64,000 bases of DNA, from contig JANLFJ010000005.1 of assembly GCA_024655825.1 (NCBI GenBank), positions 28,541 to 92,540 of the forward strand, given 5' to 3'. This stretch comes from Peptococcaceae bacterium. Its GTDB lineage: Bacteria > Bacillota > Peptococcia > DRI-13 > PHAD01. The notes beneath the pieces are model-generated. The model was given only the letters and a program-made list of their open reading frames with translations, was not told where the DNA came from and made no database searches. The translations under genes and the position numbers were made by a program. Below are positions 23,967 to 33,726 of the stretch, piece by piece (the stretch's first letter is position 1; the number at the start of each line of letters is the position of its first letter).

Positions 23967-24977
23967 TTGAGAGGCACGAAAAGGTTGCGCGTAGTCGAAA
24001 AACAAAAGAATGAAATAATTAAGGATGAAGCAGCCAAGCGGTTAAAGGCAGCAACCCTGCTCGCTGCGGCGTTTGTTATAAAAATACTGGGGATTGTTTT
24101 GATAAAAGGCCTGGCGGCCAGCATCATGGTAGAGGCCGTGCAGGTAAAAGCCTCTGTCCTGGAAGACTTCCGACAGGCCGAATTCCTGGTAATCAGGCCA
24201 GAAACGACCGTGAACGCTCCCTTTCCGGGGCGGTTTGAAAAGACCCGGCAGGATGGGGAAAGGGTTGCCAGGGGCGCCCTGGTTGGTTACCTGACCAAAG
24301 AGGGAGGAACCAGCCTTGAGAAGCTGGAAAAAATTGAGATGAAGGCTCCGCAGGCAGGGATGCTTTCTTACGAAACGGACGGTTATGAAGAACTGTTCCA
24401 CCCCGCCGTCTGGCCGCAGCCAGATTTGGACAAACTTGCGGAACTGCTGAAACGGTTAGACGGCAAGAACAGTGGAGATGCTAAAAAAAACGGCATGGTT
24501 GAAGCAGGTCAAGCGTTGTTTAAAATCATTAACAACCTGGAGCCGGAATACCTGTTTGCCGAAATAAACGAAGACCTGCCCAAAGAAATAAAAACAAACG
24601 GCTCTCTCGAGCTGCGCCTGGAAGAAGACGGCAAGACCGTCAACTGCGAGGTGGTTTGCATTTCCCGGACCGGAAGCGGTACAAGGCTTCTCCTCAAGGC
24701 ACCCGGTATGCCGGAACTGCAAGGCAACCGTAAAGTCGACTGCAGGGTGATTTTAAGGAAGATACCGGGCGTTGTGCTGGACTATGGTGTTGTCGTGGAA
24801 AAGAACGGAAAAGAAGGTGTGTATCTTATCGAAAACGGTGTTGTAACCTGGCGCGCGGTAAGCGTGTCGGGAACGGCAGGTGAAATGGCTGTATTCAAGG
24901 GCTTGTTTCCCGGAGAATGGGTTGTTGTAACGCCTGAGCTGGTTAAGGAAGGGCAGAGGATATTAACGGAGAAATAG
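23967..24977 (+). CDS. HlyD-like putative membrane fusion protein
   Basis: N-terminal TM, lipoyl-like half motifs (APFPG...GERVARG, APQAGMLSY, VEAGQALFKI), C-terminal GLFPGEWVV. Confidence 0.7.
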   Translation: MRGTKRLRVVEKQKNEIIKDEAAKRLKAATLLAAAFVIKILGIVLIKGLAASIMVEAVQVKASVLEDFRQAEFLVIRPETTVNAPFPGRFEKTRQDGERVARGALVGYLTKEGGTSLEKLEKIEMKAPQAGMLSYETDGYEELFHPAVWPQPDLDKLAELLKRLDGKNSGDAKKNGMVEAGQALFKIINNLEPEYLFAEINEDLPKEIKTNGSLELRLEEDGKTVNCEVVCISRTGSGTRLLLKAPGMPELQGNRKVDCRVILRKIPGVVLDYGVVVEKNGKEGVYLIENGVVTWRAVSVSGTAGEMAVFKGLFPGEWVVVTPELVKEGQRILTEK

Positions 24978-24993
24978 TCGGGATGGAGAGAAT

Positions 24994-25686
24994 ATGGAGC
25001 TGATAAAACAGAATTTGCTTGTTTTAAAGGAAGAAATTTATGAAGCCTGCCGCCGCAGCGGGCGCAAGCCTGATGAGGTTGTCCTGGTGGCGGTAAGCAA
25101 ATCGCATCCCGTGGAGACCATCAGGAAGGCCTATGATTTGGGGCAGCGCGTTTTTGGAGAGAATCGCGTCCAGGAACTGCTGAAAAAGCAGCCGGAATTG
25201 CCGCCTGATATGGAATGGCATTTGGTTGGAACTTTACAGCGCAACAAGGTCAAACAGGTGATAGACAAGGTTTCCTTGATCCATTCCGTTGATTCGCTGC
25301 CCCTGGCGAAAGAAATCAGCAGGCAGGCCGTGTTGAAGGGAAAAACGGCGCATGTGCTTCTCCAGGTGAATATAGCGGAAGAAGCGAGCAAACACGGGTT
25401 TTTGCAAAAAGAATTGGCTGCCGCGGTCAAGGAAATTAATGATCTGCCTGGAATAAAGATTAAAGGGCTGATGACAATTGCGCCTATTACCCGGAACCCC
25501 CAAGAGGTGCGTCCGGTTTTCAGGCGCCTGCGGGAACTGGCCGGTGAAATGAAAGCACTGGGATTGCCGGACCTGGAGATGGACGAACTATCCATGGGCA
25601 TGAGCGATGATTTCCAGGTAGCTGTAGAGGAAGGAGCAACCCTGGTGCGGATAGGCAGTCGTATTTTCGGTCCCCGAGTTTACTAA
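24994..25686 (+). CDS. yggS: PLP homeostasis protein YggS/YlmE
   Basis: LVAVSK, FGENRVQE, WHLVGTLQRNK, GLMTI, LSMGMSDDF, VRIGSRIFG. Confidence 0.97.
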   Translation: MELIKQNLLVLKEEIYEACRRSGRKPDEVVLVAVSKSHPVETIRKAYDLGQRVFGENRVQELLKKQPELPPDMEWHLVGTLQRNKVKQVIDKVSLIHSVDSLPLAKEISRQAVLKGKTAHVLLQVNIAEEASKHGFLQKELAAAVKEINDLPGIKIKGLMTIAPITRNPQEVRPVFRRLRELAGEMKALGLPDLEMDELSMGMSDDFQVAVEEGATLVRIGSRIFGPRVY

Positions 25687-25701
25687 AGGAGGAGGAGGCT
25701 C

Positions 25702-26175
25702 TTGAAAGTCTTTGACAGGTTTTTGGATCTCGTGGGTTTTACTGAGGTCAAAGAGGAGGTTGTAGTGGAGGAAGAGAGTCCTTTGGACGAGGTCCCGGAA
25801 TGGAAGCCGTCACGGAAAACAAGAGGACAGGTTGTTCCCTTAAATACCAGTAAGGAGCAAATAAAGGTGGTTTTAATTGAACCGGCTGCCTTTGACGACT
25901 GCCAGCAAATTGCCGACAGCTTGAAAAACAAGCGCACGGTGATAATCAACCTGGAAAACATCGACCTGGGGCTGGCACGCCGGATCATTGATTTTGTTGG
26001 CGGAACTGCCTACGCGCTTGGCGGGGCCTTGCAGAAAATAGGCTCAGGCATCATCATAGCCGTGCCCAGCAATGTTGATATTTCCGGGGACATTCATTCC
26101 ATGAGCCAGCCCAAAGAGGTCTTTGCCTGGATCAACAAGCTGACGCAGGGGAATGACTTCAACAGGAGGTACTGA
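25702..26175 (+). CDS. sepF: Cell division protein SepF
   Basis: EPAAFDDCQQIAD, VIINLE, RRIIDFVGG, AVPSNV. Confidence 0.95.
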   Translation: MKVFDRFLDLVGFTEVKEEVVVEEESPLDEVPEWKPSRKTRGQVVPLNTSKEQIKVVLIEPAAFDDCQQIADSLKNKRTVIINLENIDLGLARRIIDFVGGTAYALGGALQKIGSGIIIAVPSNVDISGDIHSMSQPKEVFAWINKLTQGNDFNRRY

Positions 26176-26178
26176 GCA

Positions 26179-26973
26179 TTGAAACGCATCGGGTTTATCG
26201 GCGGGGGAGCCATGGGAGAAGCTTTTATCAGGGGGCTTCTGACCAGGGGTAGAGACCCCAACACCATTGCGGTAAGCGAAAAGAACCTTGAACGACTGGA
26301 CCTTTTGAAGAAGAATTATGGGATTGTTTCTTTCCGTGAAAACAGGGAACTGGTGCGCTTCGGCGAGATAATTATTCTTGCCGTCAAACCGCAGAATTTA
26401 TTGGAGGCAGTGGAGAGTTTTTCGTCGTTGATTACAAGTGACAAGCTTCTTGTCTCCATCCTGGCCGGCGTGACCAGGGCAAAGATCGAGTCCTTGCTGC
26501 CGCAGGGGAGCAAGGTGATCAGGGCTATGCCCAATACACCCGCGTTGATCGGCGCAGGCGCTACCGTCCTGGCTGCGGGTCCAGGTGTGGCCCCCGGCGA
26601 ACTTCAGTCGGTTTGTGAAGTTTTTGAAGCTGTGGGAAGTGTCACCGTTTTGCCGGAGGACATGCTCAACGCTGTTACAGGATTAAGCGGCAGCGGTCCG
26701 GCGTTTGCTTATCTTTTTATTGAGGCCTTGGCCGATGGAGGCGTGATGGCGGGGCTTCCCCGGGATACTGCTTATAAGCTGGCAGCCATGACCGTGAAAG
26801 GCGCGGCGATGATGGTTTTAGATTCAAAACTTCATCCGGCACAGTTAAAAGACATGGTGACTTCCCCCGGCGGAACCACCATTTACGGGCTTTTGGAAAT
26901 GGAGAAGGCTGGAGTGAGAGGAGCAGTAATGAAAACAGTTGTGACAGCGGCAAAAAGAGCGGAGGAATTATAG
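26179..26973 (+). CDS. proC: Pyrroline-5-carboxylate reductase
   Basis: GFIGGGAMG, AVKPQ, RAMPNTP, GLSGSGPA, VTSPGGTT. Confidence 0.97.
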   Translation: MKRIGFIGGGAMGEAFIRGLLTRGRDPNTIAVSEKNLERLDLLKKNYGIVSFRENRELVRFGEIIILAVKPQNLLEAVESFSSLITSDKLLVSILAGVTRAKIESLLPQGSKVIRAMPNTPALIGAGATVLAAGPGVAPGELQSVCEVFEAVGSVTVLPEDMLNAVTGLSGSGPAFAYLFIEALADGGVMAGLPRDTAYKLAAMTVKGAAMMVLDSKLHPAQLKDMVTSPGGTTIYGLLEMEKAGVRGAVMKTVVTAAKRAEEL

Positions 26974-27010
26974 CAGTTTATAAAACGAAACAGCAGGGGA
27001 GAGTGGGAAA

Positions 27011-27271
27011 TTGTACCGGCTTATACCTTATGTTCGGGTCGCCTTTGAAGTGTACTACGGGTTGATTATCGTTCGCGTTTTGCTGTCCTGGATACCTCAT
27101 GATCCGTATAAAAGCGTATTTCGGTTTGTTTACGAGGTTACGGAACCGGTTTTGGCTCCGTTTCGCAGGCTGATTGGAGGGCGAATGATGATCGACTTTT
27201 CCCCGATTTTTGCTCTTCTAGCCCTGGAACTGCTGGAAAGGCTGGTAATCAGCATCCTTCGTTACCTGTAA
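27011..27271 (+). CDS. YggT/YlmG family membrane protein
   Basis: IVRVLLSWIP, VTEPVLAPFRR, IDFSPI. Confidence 0.92.
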   Translation: MYRLIPYVRVAFEVYYGLIIVRVLLSWIPHDPYKSVFRFVYEVTEPVLAPFRRLIGGRMMIDFSPIFALLALELLERLVISILRYL

Positions 27272-27310
27272 AGCGTGTAAGAAAAGCTGATAGCCGAGGA
27301 GGGAAATCGC

Positions 27311-27826
27311 TTGTTAACGCCACTTGATATTCACAACAAGGAATTTAAAAGAGGGTTTCGCGGTTATGACATTGATGAAGTGGACGAATTCTTGGACGAG
27401 GTAATCAAGGATTTCGAGTCGCTGTACAAGGAAAACCTGGAACTCAAAGAAGAAATAAGAAAACAAAAAGAGCACCTCAGCCGTTACAAGGAAACGGAGG
27501 ATGCCCTGCAGAATACGATGCTGCTTGCCCAGAAAATGTTGGAAGAGTCCAAGAAAAATGCTGAAAAGGAAGCTGAACTGGTGCTGTGGGAGGCCAGGAA
27601 GAAGGCTGAACAAATTGTGAGCGGCGCCCACGACCAGGTTACGGAGAACATAAGGAAGGTGGAGCAACTAAAAGCATTTGAAAAACAGCTGAAAACAAGG
27701 CTTAAGAGTTTCCTTGCCGCCCAGCTTGAGATGTTGGAGAGCAGCGACTTTGACGAAGAGCCTTGTGCTGGGGCAGAAGGCCGGGAGGAAAACGTTCATG
27801 AGTCCGTGGAAGATAACCGAGACTGA
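27311..27826 (+). CDS. divIVA: DivIVA domain protein
   Basis: [27 protein letters not shown] followed by coiled coil. Confidence 0.95.
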   Translation: MLTPLDIHNKEFKRGFRGYDIDEVDEFLDEVIKDFESLYKENLELKEEIRKQKEHLSRYKETEDALQNTMLLAQKMLEESKKNAEKEAELVLWEARKKAEQIVSGAHDQVTENIRKVEQLKAFEKQLKTRLKSFLAAQLEMLESSDFDEEPCAGAEGREENVHESVEDNRD

Positions 27827-28124
27827 AAGCGGGGTCTTGTTCAGCATTAAGGTACAGCCGCGGGCGGCAAGAAATGAAATTGGAGGGCTGCAGGGCCAGG
27901 ACCTTAAAATAAGACTGACTGCCCCACCGACGGAAGGAGAGGCAAACGAGGCCTGCATCAGGTTTATTGCCGAGTGGCTGGATGTGCCCAAAAATGCGGT
28001 AAGAATAATTGCCGGACATACCAGCCGGCACAAGATAATCAAGGCAGCAGGGATAAGCAAGGGAGAACTGATTCGGCGCCTCGAGATGACGCAGGCAAGA
28101 AGCGGCATAAAGTTTGAGCTTTGA
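27798..28124 (+). CDS. DUF167 (YggU) family protein
   Basis: [30 protein letters not shown]; ATG 27798 after GGGAGG (track start 27714). Confidence 0.9.
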   Translation: MSPWKITETESGVLFSIKVQPRAARNEIGGLQGQDLKIRLTAPPTEGEANEACIRFIAEWLDVPKNAVRIIAGHTSRHKIIKAAGISKGELIRRLEMTQARSGIKFEL

Positions 28125-28139
28125 AGGACGGGGCCGGAT

Positions 28140-28169
28140 TTGACTTTCGCTGCCGCTTTGTTTTATACT
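28140..28169 (+). promoter_or_regulatory. Putative SigA promoter of ileS
   Basis: TTGACT-N18-TATACT. Confidence 0.65.
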
Positions 28170-28191
28170 TTATGGAGCAAGGGCTGTAAGT

Positions 28192-28241
28192 GGGGTGGTA
28201 CCACGGGTAGAACTCGTCCCCTTGGGGGGAGTTTTTGTTTT
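28192..28241 (+). ncRNA. T-box antiterminator/terminator module (Stem I not found)
   Basis: GGGG-TGGTACC-ACGGG-TAGAA-CTCGT-CCCT antiterminator with 7-nt bulge; overlapping terminator AACTCGTCCC/GGGGGGAGTT followed by T-tract. Confidence 0.8.
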
Positions 28242-28259
28242 GTAAGAGGTGAGAAAGGG

Positions 28260-31049
28260 ATGGAAAAGGCTAACAAGTATAATGAAACTCTCAACCTTCC
28301 AAAAACAGAATTCCCGATGCGGGCCAACCTTCCGCAGAGGGAGCCGGAGATTTTGAGAAAATGGGAGGAAATCAAACTTTACGATACTGTCCAGGAGTCC
28401 TGCAAAGGCCGGCCCAAATTTATCCTGCACGATGGACCTCCATACGCCAATGGGGACATTCACCTTGGGCATACTTTGAATAAGGTGCTGAAAGACATAA
28501 TTGTCAAATTCCACAGCCTTAGAGGTTATGACTCACCTTATGTGCCGGGCTGGGATACCCACGGCCTGCCTATAGAACAGCAAGCCATCAAGGCCCTGGG
28601 CTTAAACAGGCACGCTGCCGATCCCCTGGAGTTCAGAAGGCATTGCAGGGAATATGCATTAAAATACGTAGATATCCAGAGAGAGCAGTTTAAACGCCTT
28701 GGAGTAAGAGGGGACTGGGAAAACCCGTACCTCACGCTGAGCCCTGAATTTGAGGCCGTACAAATCGGTGTTTTCGGCGAAATGGCTAAAAAAGGGTATA
28801 TTTACAAAGGGCTGAAGCCGGTCTACTGGTGTCCGAGTTGCGAAACAGCGTTGGCCGAGGCAGAGATCGAATACAACGAAAAAAAGTCGGCTTCAATTTA
28901 TGTCAAGTTTCCTGTAAGCCAAGGGAATAACGTTCTGAGAGAGGACAACACGTATTTTGTAATCTGGACAACCACGCCCTGGACGCTTCCGGCCAACATG
29001 GCCATCTGTCTCCATCCGGAATTGGAATACAATGTACTGGCGGTTGGCGAAGAAAAGTATGTAGTTGCCGGGGAGCTTACGGCGTCTTTTCTCGAAGTGC
29101 TGGGCAACCCGCCGCATTATATCGAAAAAAAATTCCGCGGCGCAAAACTGGAAGGAATTACGTGCCGCCATCCTTTTTATGACCGGAAATCGGTGGTTGT
29201 CCTGGGGGAACACGTCACGACGGAGCAAGGAACCGGCTGCGTCCACACCGCTCCGGGACACGGCGTAGAAGACTTCGAGGTCGGTAAAAAATACGGTCTT
29301 GAAGTTTTGTCGCCGGTTGACGACAGAGGAAGGTTTACCAGGGAAGCCGGCAAGTTTGCAGGAATGTTTATCGAAGACGCCAATAAGGCAATATCCGCCG
29401 AGCTGAAGGAAAGGGGCCTGCTCCTGCACCTGGGATTTATCAGGCACCAGTACCCGCATTGCTGGCGCTGTAAAAAGCCGGTCATGTTCAGGGCGACTGA
29501 GCAGTGGTTTGCTTCAATTGACGGGTTCCGCCAGCAAATACTGCAGGCCATCGAGGAGGTCCGCTGGATCCCTGCCTGGGGAAAGGACAGGATTCACAAC
29601 ATGGTAGCCGAACGGAGCGACTGGTGTATCTCCAGGCAGCGAACCTGGGGAGTGCCTATCCCGATTTTTTACTGCAAAGAATGCGGGAAAGAGATCATTA
29701 ATGATGACACAATCGGCCATTTGCAGAAACTTTTTGCTGAACACGGCTCAGACGTATGGTGGGCCAGGCCGGCAGAAGAACTGATCCCGCCGGGGCTTGC
29801 CTGTCCAGCCTGCGGTAGAAGAGAATTCCGCAAGGAAACCGATATTATGGATGTCTGGTTCGATTCCGGTTCAAGCCACTTTGCCGTTCTGGAAAAACGT
29901 CCTGAACTGAGATGGCCTGCCGATTTGTACTTGGAAGGAAGCGATCAACACAGGGGTTGGTTTAACTCGTCTTTATCGACATCGGTGGCCGTGCGGGGGA
30001 CGGCGCCGTACAGGGCGGTTCTGACTCATGGTTTTTTGGTCGACGAAATGGGAAGAAAAATGTCCAAATCCCTTGGGAACGGGATAGACCCTCTGGAAGT
30101 TATCGAACAGATGGGGGCGGATATACTGAGACTGTGGGTTTCTTCCGCCGATTACCGGACCGATGTGGCCGCCTCGCCCAATATTCTAAAACAGATAACG
30201 GAGGCATACCGGAAAGTTCGCAACACCTGCCGCTACATCCTGGGAAATCTTTACGACTTTAATCCTGAAAAAGACGGGGTATCTTATGAGCAACTAGCCG
30301 AAATCGACAGGTGGGCGCTTCTTAAGCTGCACAAATTGATAAAAAGGGTTACGGACGCCTATGAGAATTATGAATTTCATGTGGTATACCACAGCATCCA
30401 CAATTTCTGTGCCGTGGATATGAGCGCAATATACCTGGACATCATTAAAGACAGGGTCTATACGGCAAAAGCCGGTTCGCTCGAGCGCAGGAGCGCCCAG
30501 CAAACCATGTACGAGATAATCTCAGCGCTGGTCAGAATGCTCACCCCCATCCTGGCTTTTACCACGGAAGAAATCTGGCAGTACTTGCCTTATAACAAAG
30601 GAGCAGCAACGGTACAGGCAGCCGGATGGCCGGAGTACAACGAACGCTGCGTTGATAGTGATCTGGAAAAACGCTGGGAAAAAATACTGGAGATCAGGGA
30701 GTATGCAGCTAAGCCCCTGGAGGAAGCTCGCCAGCAAAAGGTCATCGGGCATTCCCTGGATGCACGCGTTCAGCTGTATGCCGCCGGCGAGTGGTATCAA
30801 TTTTTGAAGGAATTGGAAAGCGAGCTGCCCACTATCCTGATCACCTCGAGCGTGGCCGTTTATCCTAAAGGGGAAGCGCCGGCCGGTGCTTATTCGAGCG
30901 AAGATATTCCGGATGTCGCAGTCCTTGTGCAAAAAGCACCCGGAAAAAAATGCGAACGCTGCTGGATATATTCAGAAACCACGGGATTGGAAGAAGCGCA
31001 TCCCACCCTGTGCCGGCGCTGCGCGCAAGTAATGGCGGGGCAGAATTGA
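28260..31049 (+). CDS. ileS: Isoleucine--tRNA ligase (type 1)
   Basis: HDGPPYANGDIHLGH, GWDTHGLP, WTTTPWT, KMSKSLGN, C-terminal CERCW...CRRC Zn finger; ATG 28260 (track start TTG 28140 coincides with the -35 element). Confidence 0.98.
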   Translation: MEKANKYNETLNLPKTEFPMRANLPQREPEILRKWEEIKLYDTVQESCKGRPKFILHDGPPYANGDIHLGHTLNKVLKDIIVKFHSLRGYDSPYVPGWDTHGLPIEQQAIKALGLNRHAADPLEFRRHCREYALKYVDIQREQFKRLGVRGDWENPYLTLSPEFEAVQIGVFGEMAKKGYIYKGLKPVYWCPSCETALAEAEIEYNEKKSASIYVKFPVSQGNNVLREDNTYFVIWTTTPWTLPANMAICLHPELEYNVLAVGEEKYVVAGELTASFLEVLGNPPHYIEKKFRGAKLEGITCRHPFYDRKSVVVLGEHVTTEQGTGCVHTAPGHGVEDFEVGKKYGLEVLSPVDDRGRFTREAGKFAGMFIEDANKAISAELKERGLLLHLGFIRHQYPHCWRCKKPVMFRATEQWFASIDGFRQQILQAIEEVRWIPAWGKDRIHNMVAERSDWCISRQRTWGVPIPIFYCKECGKEIINDDTIGHLQKLFAEHGSDVWWARPAEELIPPGLACPACGRREFRKETDIMDVWFDSGSSHFAVLEKRPELRWPADLYLEGSDQHRGWFNSSLSTSVAVRGTAPYRAVLTHGFLVDEMGRKMSKSLGNGIDPLEVIEQMGADILRLWVSSADYRTDVAASPNILKQITEAYRKVRNTCRYILGNLYDFNPEKDGVSYEQLAEIDRWALLKLHKLIKRVTDAYENYEFHVVYHSIHNFCAVDMSAIYLDIIKDRVYTAKAGSLERRSAQQTMYEIISALVRMLTPILAFTTEEIWQYLPYNKGAATVQAAGWPEYNERCVDSDLEKRWEKILEIREYAAKPLEEARQQKVIGHSLDARVQLYAAGEWYQFLKELESELPTILITSSVAVYPKGEAPAGAYSSEDIPDVAVLVQKAPGKKCERCWIYSETTGLEEAHPTLCRRCAQVMAGQN

Positions 31050-31051
31050 GG

Positions 31052-32314
31052 ATGAACAACCAGCCGGTTGTGGTAATAGGCGGCGGGGCTGCCGGGATGA
31101 TGGCAGCTGGCCGGGCCGGGGAACTGGGGGCCAGGGTGATCCTCCTGGAAAAGAACAGGGTGCTGGGGCGAAAAATCGGCATTTCCGGAAAGGGTCGCTG
31201 CAATGTCACCAACAGCGGCGAATTACGGGATTTTATCGAAAATTACCCATGTAACGGGCAGTTTTTATACAGTTCGTTAAACAGGTTTTCCAACGTAAAC
31301 CTCATGCAGTTCCTGGAAAAACGGGGAATCCCGTTGAAAAAGGAAAGGGGCGGGCGCGTTTTTCCGGCCTCTGACCGGGCAGCCGATATTGTTGCAGGAT
31401 TGAGCAGGTACCTAGCTGAAAACGGAGTGGATGTTCGTTTAGGCGAAAGAGTTTTGGAAATAATGGCGGCAAATGGAGCAGTCAGGGGAATAAGGACTGC
31501 CCAAGAAGCAATCAGCGCTTATCAAGTTATTGTAGCCACCGGGGGCAAATCATACCCGGCAACAGGGTCAACGGGTGATGGCTATGACTGGGCAGCGAGG
31601 CTCGGGCACACAATAGTGCCGCTGCGGCCAGCCCTCGTACCGCTGAACATAAGGGAGGAATGGGTTAAGGAACTGCAGGGCCTTACCCTGAAAAACGTGG
31701 AGGCTTCGGTCCTGGAGGAAGAGAAAGCACTGGCCGGGGAGTTCGGGGAAATGCTGTTTACCCATTTTGGTGTTTCAGGTCCTATTATTATGACCTTAAG
31801 CAGAAAAGTTGTGGAGAGGGCGGCAGCACCCGGGAAGCTGAAGCTGAAAATTAACCTTAAACCGGCGCTTTCCAAAGAAGAGCTGGACAGGCGGCTGGCA
31901 AGGGATTTTCAAAAATACAGGAAGAAGCAGTTGAAAAATGCCCTGGACGACCTTTTGCCCAAGAGGTTGATTCCCCGGATCATCGAGGCAAGCGGCATTA
32001 ATCCCGGCAAATTTGTTAACCAGCTGACGAGGGAAGAGCGGAGGCGGCTGCTCGACGTTTTGACCGGCTTTACCCTGACCATTGCAGGACCGCGTTCACT
32101 TTCCGAAGCGATTGTGACGGCAGGGGGAGTCTTATTAACAGAAATCAACCCGAAGACCATGGAGTCTAGACTGGTCAAAGGTCTTTATTTTGCAGGCGAG
32201 ATTCTTGATATCGACGGTTACACGGGTGGATACAACCTGCAGGCCGCTTTTTCCACTGGATACGCTGCCGGTGAAGCGGCCGCGGAAGCGGCCCTTTCTT
32301 CGGGCAAACGCTAG
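31052..32314 (+). CDS. HI0933/YhiN family flavoprotein
   Basis: GGGAAG, GISGKGRCNVTN, GRVFP, ATGGKSYPATGSTGDGY, FTHFGVSGP, VTAGGV, GGYNLQAAF; ATG 31052 (track start 30950). Confidence 0.95.
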   Translation: MNNQPVVVIGGGAAGMMAAGRAGELGARVILLEKNRVLGRKIGISGKGRCNVTNSGELRDFIENYPCNGQFLYSSLNRFSNVNLMQFLEKRGIPLKKERGGRVFPASDRAADIVAGLSRYLAENGVDVRLGERVLEIMAANGAVRGIRTAQEAISAYQVIVATGGKSYPATGSTGDGYDWAARLGHTIVPLRPALVPLNIREEWVKELQGLTLKNVEASVLEEEKALAGEFGEMLFTHFGVSGPIIMTLSRKVVERAAAPGKLKLKINLKPALSKEELDRRLARDFQKYRKKQLKNALDDLLPKRLIPRIIEASGINPGKFVNQLTREERRRLLDVLTGFTLTIAGPRSLSEAIVTAGGVLLTEINPKTMESRLVKGLYFAGEILDIDGYTGGYNLQAAFSTGYAAGEAAAEAALSSGKR

Positions 32315-32364
32315 GCCGGAATAAAAGGGGTCAGCAAGGGCCTTCCCCTCTTGCTGCTCGCTTG

Positions 32365-33360
32365 CTACGGGGCTGGTTTAACCTGTTCTTTTTTGGCCAG
32401 GATAATCTGGCCTTCTCTGGTTAAAACCTGGTAAAACTGTTTTTGCCAGGGCAAAACCATTGACTCTAGGTGCTTTTCCATATCCCTGAGGATCACGACC
32501 GTTTGCGGCCCGGCACCCGGCTGGTCGAGGGTTCCTGCGCTTAAAATGAACCTGCGCCACTCTTTATCCCATTGATAGTTAGCCTGAATATTTCTTGCGG
32601 ATACAAGGTCAAAATGATAAGGGGCCGGCAGGGTTTCCTTTTCCCCTGCTGGCGAACAAAAAAAACGCTGTTCGCCTTCCACCCGGACCTGGCAAGAGGG
32701 TGCAGCCTGCATGGTGACGGTGAGTTCCTGGATGAGTTTATACCACTGCGCCGGCCGGGTCTGCGGGTCATACCAGGTATTGAGCAGGTTTAATTCCCAG
32801 AATGTTTGCTCTTCCCACGCGGTTTCCGGCTTGTTTTTTTGCCAGGTCCAAAGCTTGAGGGTTTGCGATTCCGAGTATGCGCCCGTTCTTTCATTGTGGT
32901 CCTCCCGGGTTATAAGGATATCCTTTCCTTCGGGACCGGCAACCTGATCGATCCTGCCCACCGGCAGCAGGTCGTCTATAAAACAACAGAGGACATAGCG
33001 GGAATTTTGTTTTTGTATTACGGCCAGGATCCCTCTGTCCGGCGGCAGGGAAAACGCAAAGACCAATTCCGGTTCTTTATCGCCAAACATATCGAGGAAC
33101 AGGTGCTTTTTTTGCCATGGTTCTCCGGCCAGGTCGGGAACTATATAGCGCAAAAGCGCCCGGGACGTTTCATTGACCGCGTCTTCCACCAGCACGGGGT
33201 TTTTTGACTGCAGCAGGTTCACCTGGACTTGCGGGAAAACAGGAAGCGGGCCGGTGATGAGGCCTGATGCCGGGATTAGTGCTTTTTGCTGCACGGTATA
33301 CCACCAGGCTAAAAAAAGGAGGCAGAATATTAAAAGCTGCCCGGCTATTTTTTTTCTCAT
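32365..33360 (-). CDS. Hypothetical exported/membrane-anchored protein
   Basis: 331-aa ORF with N-terminal basic-hydrophobic segment, GAGG RBS, fills the gap between flanking genes. Confidence 0.75.
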   Translation of the reverse strand: MRKKIAGQLLIFCLLFLAWWYTVQQKALIPASGLITGPLPVFPQVQVNLLQSKNPVLVEDAVNETSRALLRYIVPDLAGEPWQKKHLFLDMFGDKEPELVFAFSLPPDRGILAVIQKQNSRYVLCCFIDDLLPVGRIDQVAGPEGKDILITREDHNERTGAYSESQTLKLWTWQKNKPETAWEEQTFWELNLLNTWYDPQTRPAQWYKLIQELTVTMQAAPSCQVRVEGEQRFFCSPAGEKETLPAPYHFDLVSARNIQANYQWDKEWRRFILSAGTLDQPGAGPQTVVILRDMEKHLESMVLPWQKQFYQVLTREGQIILAKKEQVKPAP

Positions 33361-33530
33361 GGAGAACCTCTCAAAGGATGGTCTTGTTAATAATACATTT
33401 TATTCAGCGGTTTTAGGAATATTGATTCAAATACCACCGCCAACAGTAAAAAGAAAGATAGAAATAATAATCCGCTGGCAGGAATACCGAAAAACGCGTG
33501 GAATATTTACCATGAAACTTAAAAAAGGTA

Positions 33531-33726
33531 CGGATGAAGCCCGGCGGGAGAGTCTCTTAATGAGCGCCGAAGGAGCAAAACCGGAAAATTACTGGCGCCG
33601 GTTGAATCTCTCAGGCAAACAGCACCGCAGGTGGACGTGTCCCTGGAGAGGTATTTATGCCGGCATAAATACACCAAAGGGGTAAACCGGGATTTACCGG
33701 AGAAACTCTCAGGTAAAAGGACAGGG
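33531..33726 (+). ncRNA. Tandem glycine riboswitch
   Basis: GGATGAAG leader; aptamer 1 GGGAGAG...GCCGAAGGAGCAA...CTCTCAGGC; aptamer 2 CTGGAGAG...ACCAAAGGGGTAA...CTCTCAGGTAAAAGGACAGGG; upstream of gcvT. Confidence 0.93.

Noticed and set aside
28140-28259. Track extension of IleS to TTG 28140
   Set aside because: That TTG is the -35 hexamer and the extension spans the T-box; the RBS and homology support ATG 28260
33651-33672. Perfect 22-bp palindrome GTATTTATGCCGGCATAAATAC as an operator
   Set aside because: Fully explained as the P2 stem of glycine aptamer 2
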